Assembly: GCF_964355755.1 (NCBI RefSeq)
Contig: NC_092670.1
Coordinates: forward strand, 3,090,201-3,154,200
Source of the DNA: Antedon mediterranea
Taxonomy: Eukaryota; Animalia; Echinodermata
DNA length: 64,000 nucleotides
Reading direction: 5' to 3'
Shown in pieces: positions 51,801-62,900 of the stretch. A model generated the notes under the pieces. That model did no database searches and was not told the DNA's origin. It saw only the letters and a program-made list of their open reading frames with translations. A program made the position numbers and the translations under genes. The stretch's first letter is position 1. Each line of letters starts with the position of its first letter.

Positions 51801-54023
51801 GACGCATGGGGCCTATTGTGTCCAGAAAACGAAAAGGAAAGGTTAGAAAATCCACTGCCAAATGTTGACATTGATGATGAAGAAGACGAATTCGTCATTC
51901 CAGATTTTGGACTTAAAAAAAATGAAATATCTACAACAGAGTGTAACTCAAGTCGTATTTCCAGACCAGAATTAAACAAAATGATTCGACCTTTAAATGA
52001 AAAACAAAAACAGATATTTTATAAGACAAGGCAATGGTGCTTAGATAAAGTTAATGGTAAACAACCAGAACCATTTTATACTTTTATAACTGGAGGTGCT
52101 GGCACTGGAAAAAGTCATTTGGTTAATTGTATTTACAATGAAGCAACACGCATTCTCGGACAAATTATGGAAAATCCCGACGACCTGTCAATATTAAAAC
52201 TAGCTCCCACAGGAATTGCCGCATATAATATCAAAGGTCACACAATTCATAGTGCATTGTCTATTCCCATTTATATTTCACTTCCATATCAGCCACTTGG
52301 AGAAGAAAAAGTAAGTGCGCTTCGTAATGAATTAGGACAGTTACAAATTGTCATTATAGATGAAATATCAATGGTCAATCAAAAGCTACTATGGTACGTC
52401 CACGGACGATTGCGGCAAATCAAACAAGTTCGTAACGATAGTGCTTTTGGTAATATTTCAGTAATTGCAGTAGGTGATTTTTATCAGTTGCCCCCTGTGA
52501 AAGGTACTTCTTTGTATAAAGAAACATTGGAAAACTCATTGTGGATAAATAACTTCAAAAAAGTGCAGTTAGATGAAATCATGAGACAAAAGAAAGATAA
52601 AGATTTCGCTGTATTGTTAAACAAATTGCGTACAAAAGGAAAAAGAGACTGTTTATCGGACAAAGAATTATCAGTTTTAAAATCACGTGAAACAGGTGAA
52701 CACTGCGAAGATTCTGTTCATATATACCCATGCAATAAACAAGTTAATGATTGGAATAAACAAATGTTACATAACACCTGTACCAATATTGTTTGTATTG
52801 AAGCAGAAAATATTGTTGTAAACAGCAAAAAGGAGGACAAACATGGTGATAAAACTCAGCAATCGTGTCAATCTAATTTACCAAAACATTTGTGGATTGC
52901 AGTTAATGCCAAAGTGATGTTGATTAAAAATGTAGACGTTAAGAAAGGCTTAACAAATGGATGTATGGGACATGTTAAAGAAATAATTAAGCCCAGTCAA
53001 AACGTAAAGCCAACATCAATTAAGGTAACATTTGACAACAGTGACATTGGTACTCATTTAATAGAAATGTTTCAGGAAACTGTCGGAAAAAAATCTAATC
53101 GTAGGCAGTTTCCACTCAAACTAGCATATGCCTGTACAGTCCATAAAGTGCAAGGAATGACAATGGATAAAGCGGTGGTTTGCCTTAAAAAGACTTTTGC
53201 ACCAGGACAAGCATATGTAGCTCTAAGTCGTGTTACTTCACTTCCTGGACTTGTCATTGAACATGTTCATCCTAACTTAATTTATTGTGATTCTAAAATA
53301 ACGAAATACTTACAAAATATGAATTCATACGTACAATGTGATAAACAAGTTAATAATACTGTTTATAAAAATTCAATCATGTTACATAACATTCAAGGAC
53401 TTAAACAACATTTTGCTGATCTTCAGTGCAATGGTTGGTTTATGCACTCTAGTATCGTATGTCTAACTGAAACATGGTTAAATAAGGATGACGACTTACT
53501 TGATTTCAGTATAGAGCAGTACAAGTTGTATCACCAAACAAGGTATGACTCATATTCTAATAGCAATAACATAACTTTAAAATTAAAAAATCAGGCTCAT
53601 GGTGGCGTTGCAGTCTATACCAAGAACAAGTTTTCAAGCAGGATAGACATACGTATTAACGATATAGAAGCAATTTCCTTTTTAATAACATGTCCAATTT
53701 CAGTTGCTGTTTCAGTAATATATAGACCCCCGAGCTATGATATCAAACAATTTTGTCACCATTTGAGAAACTTACTAGAACAGTTACATAAAGTAAGTAC
53801 AAAATGTATCATAATGGGTGACTTTAACGAAAACCTTTTCAAACTACCTTCAAGAGTGAACAATTTATTGTCAGAGAATGGGTACCAACAACATGTTACA
53901 AGTTCTACTACCGAGAGTAATACATTGATTGATCATGTATACAGCAAAGGTCTAGACTCAATACAGGTGGAAGTGACTCCTATTTATTATAGCTATCACG
54001 AGGCCATTCAAATAAAGTTTTGA
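48867..54023 (+). CDS. Helentron RepHel polyprotein, C-terminal part: Zn-binding region, HUH Rep endonuclease, PIF1 (SF1B) helicase, APE/EEP endonuclease
   Basis: Rep motifs FLSFS-AD, RVEFQMRGSPHVHMLVW and YVVSYMSK. PIF1 motifs GGAGTGKS, IIDEISM, GDFYQLPPV, RRQFPLKLAYACTVHKVQGMT and QAYVALSR. APE motifs HNIQGL, CLTETWL, GGVAVY, IYRPP, MGDFN, LIDHVY and SYH. A C-terminal endonuclease is diagnostic of Helentrons. Confidence 0.96.
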   Translation: MTHRKKKKGEKRNFEIVLKQFREEISYGPEYICCVCFKMLFKNQVLKCTKAKYENRTCINEKYLHICNSKCNTPCQFANSPRGYLWICFTCHRKLLSGKVPAEANSNNLELHEIPPELNCLNNLEQHLIGLNIPFMKLMNLPKGGQHGIHGPVVCVPSNTIETVKILPRPQADDQLISVKLKRKLSYKGYYQYKFVKTGNVIRALEYLQDHNKWYFDVAIDEHWHNYLSKENIVTATANVDDQQTCEQNSGVDNNAEELEDRLCGVALDTSLQPVDIRQNVVDEYFRDIICCAPCENNSPIALINNESNEGKSFPVLFPTGQPTFYDTRDVKITLGRYLLNRLMHVDNRFAKNTEFIFYAQSIYELQQILGSISIALRKGSNKNDFSKVTISDLKNTTKIEEILKSDKGYKFLKQIRGTPPYWQVTQKDVLAMVRQIGKPTFFLSFSSADFRWKEIITTLLSQTGDQRNIDDLEWTDKCHLLKSNPVTVARMFDKRFHTFLNQVILSEAHPIGKVIDYFYRVEFQMRGSPHVHMLVWVENAPVFGDDEDKKVINFVDKYISCAVPCPIADSEMNEIVTSVQIHSKRHSKSCKKKGTNCRFNFPRQPSEKTFVMRPTSVDKTNVDKTNNDTNANKQAEELLTSVKDALMNEETYQSAKDLFTSLDTTQLAYEYANNCIATKEQIVLKRNPQDVWVNQYNPSLLRAWNANMDIQYITSVYACVTYVVSYMSKAEREMGLLLSHAAAEVKEGNENARQSLSKLGHVYMNNREVSAQESVYRVCGLRLKECSRKVEFIPVGPNPVRMSLPLSVIKNKVDDSGSAWLPNKLDKYKARPTSSDFDKMCLATFCSHFRMISSSEMKGKAQRKNVFQLQKHLGFIQKRTRTDNAIVRYPRFPVKTASEKYFMSILQLFLPFRTDKQLKPPKFQTYQEFYEEGSVKLCDSNLQKVYSIVDENMRQYDKSADDIEHAKEVLAKFGPQEDAWGLLCPENEKERLENPLPNVDIDDEEDEFVIPDFGLKKNEISTTECNSSRISRPELNKMIRPLNEKQKQIFYKTRQWCLDKVNGKQPEPFYTFITGGAGTGKSHLVNCIYNEATRILGQIMENPDDLSILKLAPTGIAAYNIKGHTIHSALSIPIYISLPYQPLGEEKVSALRNELGQLQIVIIDEISMVNQKLLWYVHGRLRQIKQVRNDSAFGNISVIAVGDFYQLPPVKGTSLYKETLENSLWINNFKKVQLDEIMRQKKDKDFAVLLNKLRTKGKRDCLSDKELSVLKSRETGEHCEDSVHIYPCNKQVNDWNKQMLHNTCTNIVCIEAENIVVNSKKEDKHGDKTQQSCQSNLPKHLWIAVNAKVMLIKNVDVKKGLTNGCMGHVKEIIKPSQNVKPTSIKVTFDNSDIGTHLIEMFQETVGKKSNRRQFPLKLAYACTVHKVQGMTMDKAVVCLKKTFAPGQAYVALSRVTSLPGLVIEHVHPNLIYCDSKITKYLQNMNSYVQCDKQVNNTVYKNSIMLHNIQGLKQHFADLQCNGWFMHSSIVCLTETWLNKDDDLLDFSIEQYKLYHQTRYDSYSNSNNITLKLKNQAHGGVAVYTKNKFSSRIDIRINDIEAISFLITCPISVAVSVIYRPPSYDIKQFCHHLRNLLEQLHKVSTKCIIMGDFNENLFKLPSRVNNLLSENGYQQHVTSSTTESNTLIDHVYSKGLDSIQVEVTPIYYSYHEAIQIKF

Positions 54024-54149
54024 TAACCATCTTTTATAATCTAACAACAGAAAAAGTAACATAGGCCTATTAGTCATATACAAGAATTTCAGTTACAGAT
54101 AATTCATTACAATTAATATTTCAGCACATTTCGGACAGAAGTAATAACA

Positions 54150-56370
54150 ATTACAACGCACCCCAAATATTACAGGTAATAGATTTGGGAATTAACGTCT
54201 CTGCGCCAAGTGGTGTTCTAACTTCTCCGCTACCTTTTAGTAAGGTTTCAGATAAGATCTTTCCAAGACTATGACCACCTCATTTGTGCAAATCACCTTC
54301 GGAGGATCTCTATCAAAATAGCATTACATTTACATTCAACAATGTCCATTGTAGTGTGTATGATTTACAAAAACATCTATATGTATTACATCATTGATAT
54401 CAATCAAAAATGTACATCTAAACTGAACATTGAACACGCCAGTCGTTTTTGTTTGAAGACATGACATCAGACGACAAAACTTTGAGCCATGTTATTAATT
54501 GAATTGCACGTAATGAGACAAATTTTAAACAGATGACCACGAAAAGGCACGCTTACACATCCAAATTATTACATAAATTTTGTAATTAACGTCCCTGCGC
54601 CGAGTAATGCTCTGACTTCTCCGCCAGCTTCAAGTACGGATTTCAGGTGGGATCTTCCCAAGATTAAGACCACCTCTTTCGTGCAAATCAGCTTGGGAGG
54701 ATTTTATTCGCAATAGCATTACACCTACCTTACATAATGTAGACAGTAGTGAATACCAATTACAAAAAACATCAACATGTATTAAGGCATTGACAATAAT
54801 CAAAATTGAAATTCCGTACACTGAACATGCCATTCGTCGCCATCCCAATCTCTCAGTCGGCCAGAGTTTGGTTTAACACAAGTAAGCAGATTATTAGCCC
54901 TTGGTTTAACACATACGGTAGGTAAATAAATATATGGGCCCTTTCAGAATAAACTTGCGATACTTTGACAATACTGTAAATACCTATTAGATCAAAGATT
55001 GTAACCGCGTAGCGGCACTATACAATCTTTGATTAGATTACCTATTTCTGGTCCTCATTTGAATCGAATAAAAACGCACGCGCACGTACGGCCAAGCGCG
55101 TAAAATCGTGCGTTATCTTGCCGGGATCTCGTTACATTTACATTAAATATTGTGCCGTGTAGTGAATATGAATTAAAGACACATTAATATGTATTATAAC
55201 AATTAAAATCATCTTAGCACAAGTGTTCAATATGTAAATACATGTATCTTAATTTTAATATCATAACAACAACAACAATAATGTTCAATTTACTATAGCG
55301 CACAGTTCAAGACGTCTCGAACAATCAACAGAAAAAAGAAGAGCAAAAACTAACAAAAAAGGTTTTTTTAAAAACGTCGGATTTCAGGCGTTCTTGGAAT
55401 GTCCTGAATAATTCAGAATTCCTGATATAACTTGAAAGACCGCTCGAGAGAACAGCAGCTGCAGCCGAAAAATCACGTTGACCATACAACTTGGATGGAG
55501 AAAATACACACAGATGACGATCTCATATTTCGTTTTGGCTTTTATGAAGACATGACATCAAACGGTAAAGTTGGAGCCATGTTATTAATTGAATTGCACG
55601 TAATGACACAAATTTTAACCAGATTACCACGAATAGGCACGCTTACCCATCCAAAATATTACAGGTAAGAGATTTTGGAATTAACGTTCCTGCGCCGAAT
55701 AATGTTCTGACTTCTCCGCCAGCTTTCAGTACGGATTTCAGGTGGGATCTTCCCAAGATTATGACCACCTATTTCGAGCAAATCACCTTGGGAGAATTTC
55801 ATTCGAAATAGCATTACACCTACATTACCGGTACCTGCATAGTAGTAATGCATAGTAGTGAATACGAATTACAAAAACATCACTACGTATTAAGCCATTG
55901 AAAATAATCATAACTTACATTCTATACACCGAACACGCCATCCGCTTTATTTGCTACAACTTTAATAACTATTATACATTATATCTGTTTTATTTCATTC
56001 AGGTGGTAATTATTATGATTGCATCAATTGAGGCTATACTACAAATGTTCCAGATTTCCGAATACTGTGACCATCTATAAGTGTTCCAGATTCCCGAAAA
56101 TTATGACCACCCATTTTTGGTGAATAATCTAAGCAAGATCTCATTCGGCATAGCATTACTACTTCTACATTAAATAGTGTGCAGTGTTGTGAATATGTAT
56201 AAATGAAACATCAATATATATTAAAGCATTTATAATAATTAACATGAGCTTAATACAAGTGTTCGGTTTTTCACGTTCAATATGTAAATACATGTACCTT
56301 AATTTAATTTTTAAAATAATAATAATATTAGGAATGTTCAATTTACTATAGCGCTAAGTTAAATAGTTTA
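54150..56370 (+). repeat. Degenerate multi-copy ~300-400 bp module downstream of RepHel
   Basis: CCAAA(A)TATTACAGGTAA..AATTAACGT..CTGCGCC..ACTTCTCCGC..GATCTT.CCAAGA..ATGACCACC..ATAGCATTACA recurs at ~54160, 54560, 55650 and (decayed) ~56000. Confidence 0.8.
55266..55490 (-). mobile_element. Decayed L2-like LINE 3' fragment
   Basis: The reverse strand reads YGQRDF/AAAAVLSSGLSSYIRNSELFRTFQERLKSDVF, followed by GCGCTATAGTAAAT and a (TTG/TTA)n tail. Confidence 0.55.
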
Positions 56371-56545
56371 ACTCAAGCGACAGATAGTTGCTTGAAAAAT
56401 GTACATGTTTCAATACTGGTGGAATGTTTTGACATATTGGGATTTGACGAACCAAACGGGCACCAATGTTCTGAACACGCTGAACCTTACCGACAGTTTC
56501 TGCTGTAAGCCCACAAAGAATAAAATTGCAAGCCAGGGGGCGAAA
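56316..56545 (-). mobile_element. Decayed, internally deleted L2-like LINE fragment
   Basis: The reverse strand reads ACNFILCGLTAETVGKVQRVQNIGARLVRQIPICQNIPPVLK (compare the L2 motif YCNSLL-GLP...LQRVQN-AARL...HITPVL), then GCGCTATAGTAAAT and (TTA)n. Confidence 0.65.
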
Positions 56546-56964
56546 TTTTCTTTACTCGTCAGGATAAGCCAGAAATCACAAAAATATCATCATAATATGA
56601 CATAATATGCCACATTAGAGTGCTACGTGCGCACCGCACACGTCAACATTTCCGCACGCGTGGGAATTTTTGACATGCTTAACATGACATGAAACACGTA
56701 GAAAGTTGATTAAAAATTAGTTTTGCGCATTCTCAAATTTTAAATGCGCGTGCGCGCGTAAGTTTATGTAAAACACGCAATTTCTTTTAAACAGAACGTT
56801 AGCCCATGATATAAATTATCCTTTTGCAAAGTTTCACTTTAACATGTTATTTGGTTTTCGACATATGTTAAATACGAGAATATCGTTAAATCGCGCGTAC
56901 GCCACGTTGCGCAATTGCAAACACCATGGTGTTCACGTTGGCATTATGTCCTGAACTAAAGAAT

Positions 56965-59900
56965 GGGATAGGTTGAGGACAAACGGAAGTGTTCACGTTG
57001 GCATTATGACCTGAACTGAAGAATATGATATGTTGTTATTGCTGAATTTTATTGTTTAAATTCATATATAGTATACACAGTATAATCTGTATCCATATCA
57101 CATACAGTGTAGAATAGGTAAAATTACGGGACCCGCTATTTATTGCAATTTTTAACATGTTGACGGTTTTAAAGTGAAACGCGAAGGTAGCAATTCCGCA
57201 AGAAAATTATCTCAGCAACAACGTATTAACGTGTAGAAGAAATTTGAATACGTGAAATATTGATGCGCGCTCTTTTAAATGTAATGAATTATAACGCAAA
57301 AGATGAAAATACGATCTTTTTTATTTAACTGCCCATATGATGACGTCACAACATCCGATTGGCAACATTTTTACATAATTTCGTATCTACAATCCAATAG
57401 CTTCCAGAAACAGTTTTAATCGTGATTATCACATTTTATTCTTACGAGCTATAACAGATTAAAATTTACTGTAAAGATGAAATTGATGCCACACGTGATT
57501 TCAATTTTTAGGCATGATGACGTCATAAAAATTAAAATATTTTTCACTCATGCGAAAGATAGTTAATTGACCTAGACAATATCAAAATCGGGGTGAAAAT
57601 GGAAAACGGATAAGTGGAGATGCGCTCTATTCAATGTGATGAGCTATGACGAAAGATACAAAAATCCTAAGTTTTATATTCACGTGGCCATACGATGACG
57701 TCACAATGTCCGGTTAGCCATATTAATACCTGATCCGACATCTACAACTCATCTACTTCCAGAATATGTCATTCACAAAAAGTTGACCGTCTAGTTGAGA
57801 AATTACGACTGTTTAAAAAATGGCATATTTTAAACGAATTGTTTAACCTTTCCATAAAAAACGCGCGCAAATTTTCCAATCCGACGTGCTCGTATGACGT
57901 ATCTTTAGGTCGAAATTGTTTAAAATTTGGTAAAATTACTAGAAAAGGCTGGAAAACGTTAAATTACGCGAAAAAAATACGTTTTCAATGCTACGTGCGC
58001 ACCGCACACGTAAAAATGTGCGCACGCGTGGGAATTTTTGACATGCTTAACACGACATGAAACGCGTAGAAAGTTGATTATAAATTAATTTTGCGCATTT
58101 TGAAATTTTAAATGCGCGTGCGCGCGTAACTTTGTGTAAAACACGCTATTTCTTTTCAACAGAAAGTTAGCGCATGATATAAATTAAACTTTTGCAAAGT
58201 TTCACTTTAAAATGTTATTTGGTTTCCGACATATGTTAAATACGAGGAAATCGTTAAATCGCGCGTACGTCACGTTGCGCAATTGTAAACGTCATGAAAA
58301 GCTTCGCTTGACGACGTTACGCAAATGTCAAAATGTTAACATAGCTAACGAAATGTTATGTTTGGGAGTTTCAGAGAAAAGCGTTACACAAAAATCATAC
58401 AGAAAGAAAGAAGAACTAGACATGTAACTCGTCACTTTGACGAGTTTGGTTATCCGCCGCGCAAGTGGTGCAACATTAACATTAAGGGGATAGGTTGAGG
58501 ACAAAAGGAAGTGTTCACGTTGGCATTATGACCTGAACTGAAGAATATGATATGTTGTTATTGCTGAATTTTATTATTTAAATTCATATATAGTATACAC
58601 AGTATAATCTGTATCCATATCACATACAGTGTAGAATAGGTGAAATTACGGACCCGCTATTTATTGCAATTTTTAACATGTTGACGGTTTTAAAATGAAA
58701 CGCGAAGGTAGCAATTCCAAAAGGAAATTATCTCAGCAACAACGTATTAGCGTGTAGAAGAAATTTGAATACGTGAAATATTGATGCGCGCTCTTTTAAA
58801 TGTAATGAATTATGACGCAAAAGATGAAAATACGACCTTTTTTATTTAACTGGCCATATGATGACGTCACAACATCCGATTGGCAACATTTTTACATAAT
58901 TTCGTATCTACAATCCAATAGCTTCCAGAAAAAGTTTTAATCGTGATTATCACATTTTATTCTTACGAGCTATAACAGATTAAAATTTACTGTAAAGATG
59001 AAATTGATGCCACACGTGATATAAATTTTTAGGCATGATGACGTCAAAAAAATTAAAATATTTTTATCTCATGCGAAAGATAGTTGATTGACCTAGACAA
59101 TATCAAAATCGGGGTGAAAATGGAAAACGGATAAGTGGAGATGCGCTCTATTCAATGTGATGAGCTATGACGAAAGATACAAAAATCCTAAATTTTATAT
59201 TCGCGTGGCCATACGATGACGTCACAATGTCCGGTTCGCCATATTAATACCTGATCCGAAATCTACAACTCATCTACTTCCAGAATATGTCATCCACAAA
59301 AATTTGACCGTCTAGTTTAGAAATTCCGACTGTTTAAAAAAAGGCATATTTTAAACGAATTTTTTAACCTTTTCATAAAAAACGCGCGCAAATTGTCCAA
59401 TTCGACGTGCTCGTATGACGTATCTTTAAGTCGAAATTGTTTAAAATTTGGTAAAATTACTAGAAAAGGCTGGAAAAATATAAATCACGCGAAAAAAATA
59501 CGTTTTCAATGCTACGTGCGCACCGCACACGTAAAAATGTGCGCACGCGTGGGAATTTTTGACATGCTTAAAACGACATGAAAAGCGTAGAAAGTTGATT
59601 ATAAATTAATTTTGCGCATTTTGAAATTTTAAATGCGCGTGCGCGCGTAACTTTGTGTAAAACACGCAATTTTTTTTCAACAGAAAGTTAGCGCATGATA
59701 TAAATTTAACTTTTGCAAAGTTTCACTTTAAAATGTTATTTGGTTTTCGACATATGTTAAATACGAGAAAATCGTTAAATTGCGCGTACGTCACGTTGCG
59801 CAATTGTAAACATCATGAAAAGCTTCGCTTGACGACGTTACATAAATGTCAAAATGTTAACATAGTTAACAAAATGTTATGTTTGCAAGTTTTAGAGAAA

Positions 59901-62900
59901 AGCGTTACACAAAAATCATACAGAAAGAAAGAAGATTAAGAAAAAGATGATGATGATGATGATGATTTCGTACAATCACAAGAGGTTATCCTGCAACTTC
60001 GTTGCGGATAACCAACTAGACATGTAACTCGTCACTTTGACGAGTTTGGTTATCCGCCGCGCAAGTGGTGCAACATTAACATTAAGGGGATAGGTTGAGG
60101 ACAAAAGGAAGTGTTCACGTTGGCATTATGACCTGAACTGAAGAATATGATATGAATTTTATTATTTAAATTCATATATAGTATACACAGTATAATCTGT
60201 ATCCATATCACATACAGAGACATACAGTGTAGAATAGGTGAAATTACGGGACCCGCTATTTATTGCAATTTTTAACATGTTGACGGTTATAAAATGAAAC
60301 GCGAAGGTAGCAATTCCGAAAGGAATTTATCTCAGCAACAACGTATTAGCGTGTAGGAAAAATTTGAATACGTGAAATATTGATGCGCGCTCTTTTAAAT
60401 GTAATGAATTATGACGCAAAAGATGAAAATACGACCTTTTATATTTAACTGGCCATATGATGACGTCACAACATCCGATTGGCAACATTTTTACATAATT
60501 TCGTATCTACAATCCAATAGCTTCCAGAAAAAATTTTAATCGTGATTGTCACATTTTATTTTTACGAGCTATAACAGATTAAAATTTACTGTAAAGATGA
60601 AATTGATGCCACACGTGATTTAAATTTTTAGGCATGATGACGTCAAAAAAATTAAAATATTTTTAACTCATGCGAAAGATAGTTGATTGACCTAGACAAT
60701 ATCAAAATCGGGGTGAAAACGGAAAACGGATAAGTGGAGATGCGCTCTATTCAATGTGATGAGCTATGACGAAAGATACAAAAATCCTAAATTTTATATT
60801 CGCGTGGCCATACGATGACGTCACAATGTCCGGTTAGCCATATTAATACCTGATCCGATATCTACAACTCATCTACTTCCAGAATATGTCATCCACAAAA
60901 AGTTGACCGTCTAGTTTAGAAATTACGACTGTTTAAAAAAGGGCATATTTTAAACGAATTTTTTAACCTTTTCATAAAAAACGCGCGCAAATTGTCCAAT
61001 TCGACGTGCTCGTATGACGTATCTTTAAGTCGAAATTGTTTAAAATTTGGTAAAATTACTAGAAAAGGCTGGAAAAACATAAATCACGCGAAAAAAATAC
61101 GTTTTCAATGCTACGTGCGCACCGCACACGTAAAAATGTGCGCACGCGTGGGAATTTTTGACATGCTTAAAACGACATGAAACGCGTAGAAAGTTGATTA
61201 TAAATTAATTTTGCGCATTTTGAAATTTTAAATGCGCGTGCGCGCGTAACTTTGTGTAAAACACGCAATTTTTTTTCAACAGAAAGTTAGCGCATGATAT
61301 AAATTTAACTTTTGCAAAGTTTCACTTTAAAATGTTATTTGGTTTTCGACATATGTTAAATACGAGAAAATCGTTAAATCGCGCGTACGTCACGTTGCGC
61401 AATTGTAAACATCATGAAAAGCTTCGCTTGACGACGTTACATAAATGTCAAAATGTTAACATAGTTAACAAAATGTTATGTTTGCAAGTTTTAGAGAAAA
61501 GCGTTACACAAAAATCATACAGAAAGAAAGAAGACTAGACACGTAACTCGTCACTTTGACGAGTTTGGTTATCCGCCGCGCAAGTGGTGCAACATTAACA
61601 TTAAGGGGATAGGTTGAGGACAAAAGGAAGTGTTCACGTTGGCATTATGACCTGAACTGAAGAATATGATATGTTGTTATTGCTGAATTTTATTATTTAA
61701 ATTCATATATAGTATACACAGTATAATCTGTATCCATATCACATACAGTGTAGAATAGGTGAAATTACGGAACCCGCTATTTATTGCAATTTTTAACATG
61801 TTGACGGTTTTAAAATGAAACGCGAAGGTAGCAATTCCGAAAGGAAATTATCTCAGCAACAACGTATTAGCGTGTAGAAGAAATTTGAATAAATGAAATA
61901 TTGATGCGCGCTCTTTTAAATGTAATGAATTATGAAGCAAAAGATGAAAATACGACCTGTTTTATTTAACTGGCCATATGATGACGTCACAACATCCGAT
62001 TGGCAACATTTTTACATAATTTCGTATCTACAATCCAATAGCTTCCAGAAAAAGTTTTAATCGTGATTATCACATTTTATTCTTACGAGCTATAACAGAT
62101 TAAAATTTACTGTATGATGATGAAATTGATGCCACACGTGATTTAAATTTTTAGGCATGATGACGTCAAAAAAATTTAAATATTTTTTACTCATGCGAAA
62201 GATAGTTGATTGACTCAGACAATATCAAAATCCGGGTGAAAATGAAAAACGGATAAGTGGAGATGCGCTCTATTCAATGTGATGAGCTATGACGAAAGAT
62301 ACAAAAATCCTAAATTTTATATTCACGTGGCCATACGATGACGTCACAATGTCCGCTTAGCCATATTAATACCTGATACGATATCTACAACTCATCTACT
62401 TCCAGAATATGCCATCCATAAAAAGTTGACCGTCTAGTTTAGAAATTACGACTGTTTAAAAAAAGGCATATTTTAAACGAATTTTTTAACCTTTTCATAA
62501 CAAACGCGCGCAAATTGTCCAATTCGACGTGCTCGTATGACGTATCTTTAAGTCGAAATTGTTTAACATTTTGTAAAATTACTAGAAAAGGCTGGAAAAA
62601 CATAAATCACGCGAAAAAAATACGTTTTCAATGCTACGTGCGCACCGCACACGTAAAAATGTGCGCACGCGTGGGAATTTTTGACATGCTTAAAACGATA
62701 TGAAACGCGTAGAAAGTTGATTAGAAATTAATTTTGCGCATTTTGAAATTTTAAATGCGCGTGCGCGCGTAACATTGTGTAAAACACGGAATTTTTTTTC
62801 AACAGAAAGTTAGCGCATGATATAAATTAAACTTTTGCAAAGTTTCAAGTTGAAATGTTATTTGGTTGTCGAGCTATGTTAAATACGACAAAATCGTTAA

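Larger units (their letters stand above)
23062..56964. mobile_element. Giant (~34 kb) autonomous-type Helentron with cargo
   Basis: The left end CTAGAAATGT... abuts a HINE cap exactly as array units do (CCAA|CTAG). It contains the Rep-helicase-endonuclease ORF. The right side merges into HINE-homologous sequence from ~56620. The right boundary is uncertain because it is rearranged. Confidence 0.7.

Noticed and set aside
45632-53257. Short ORFs antisense or out of frame within RepHel
   Set aside because: They are shadow ORFs of a long coding sequence.
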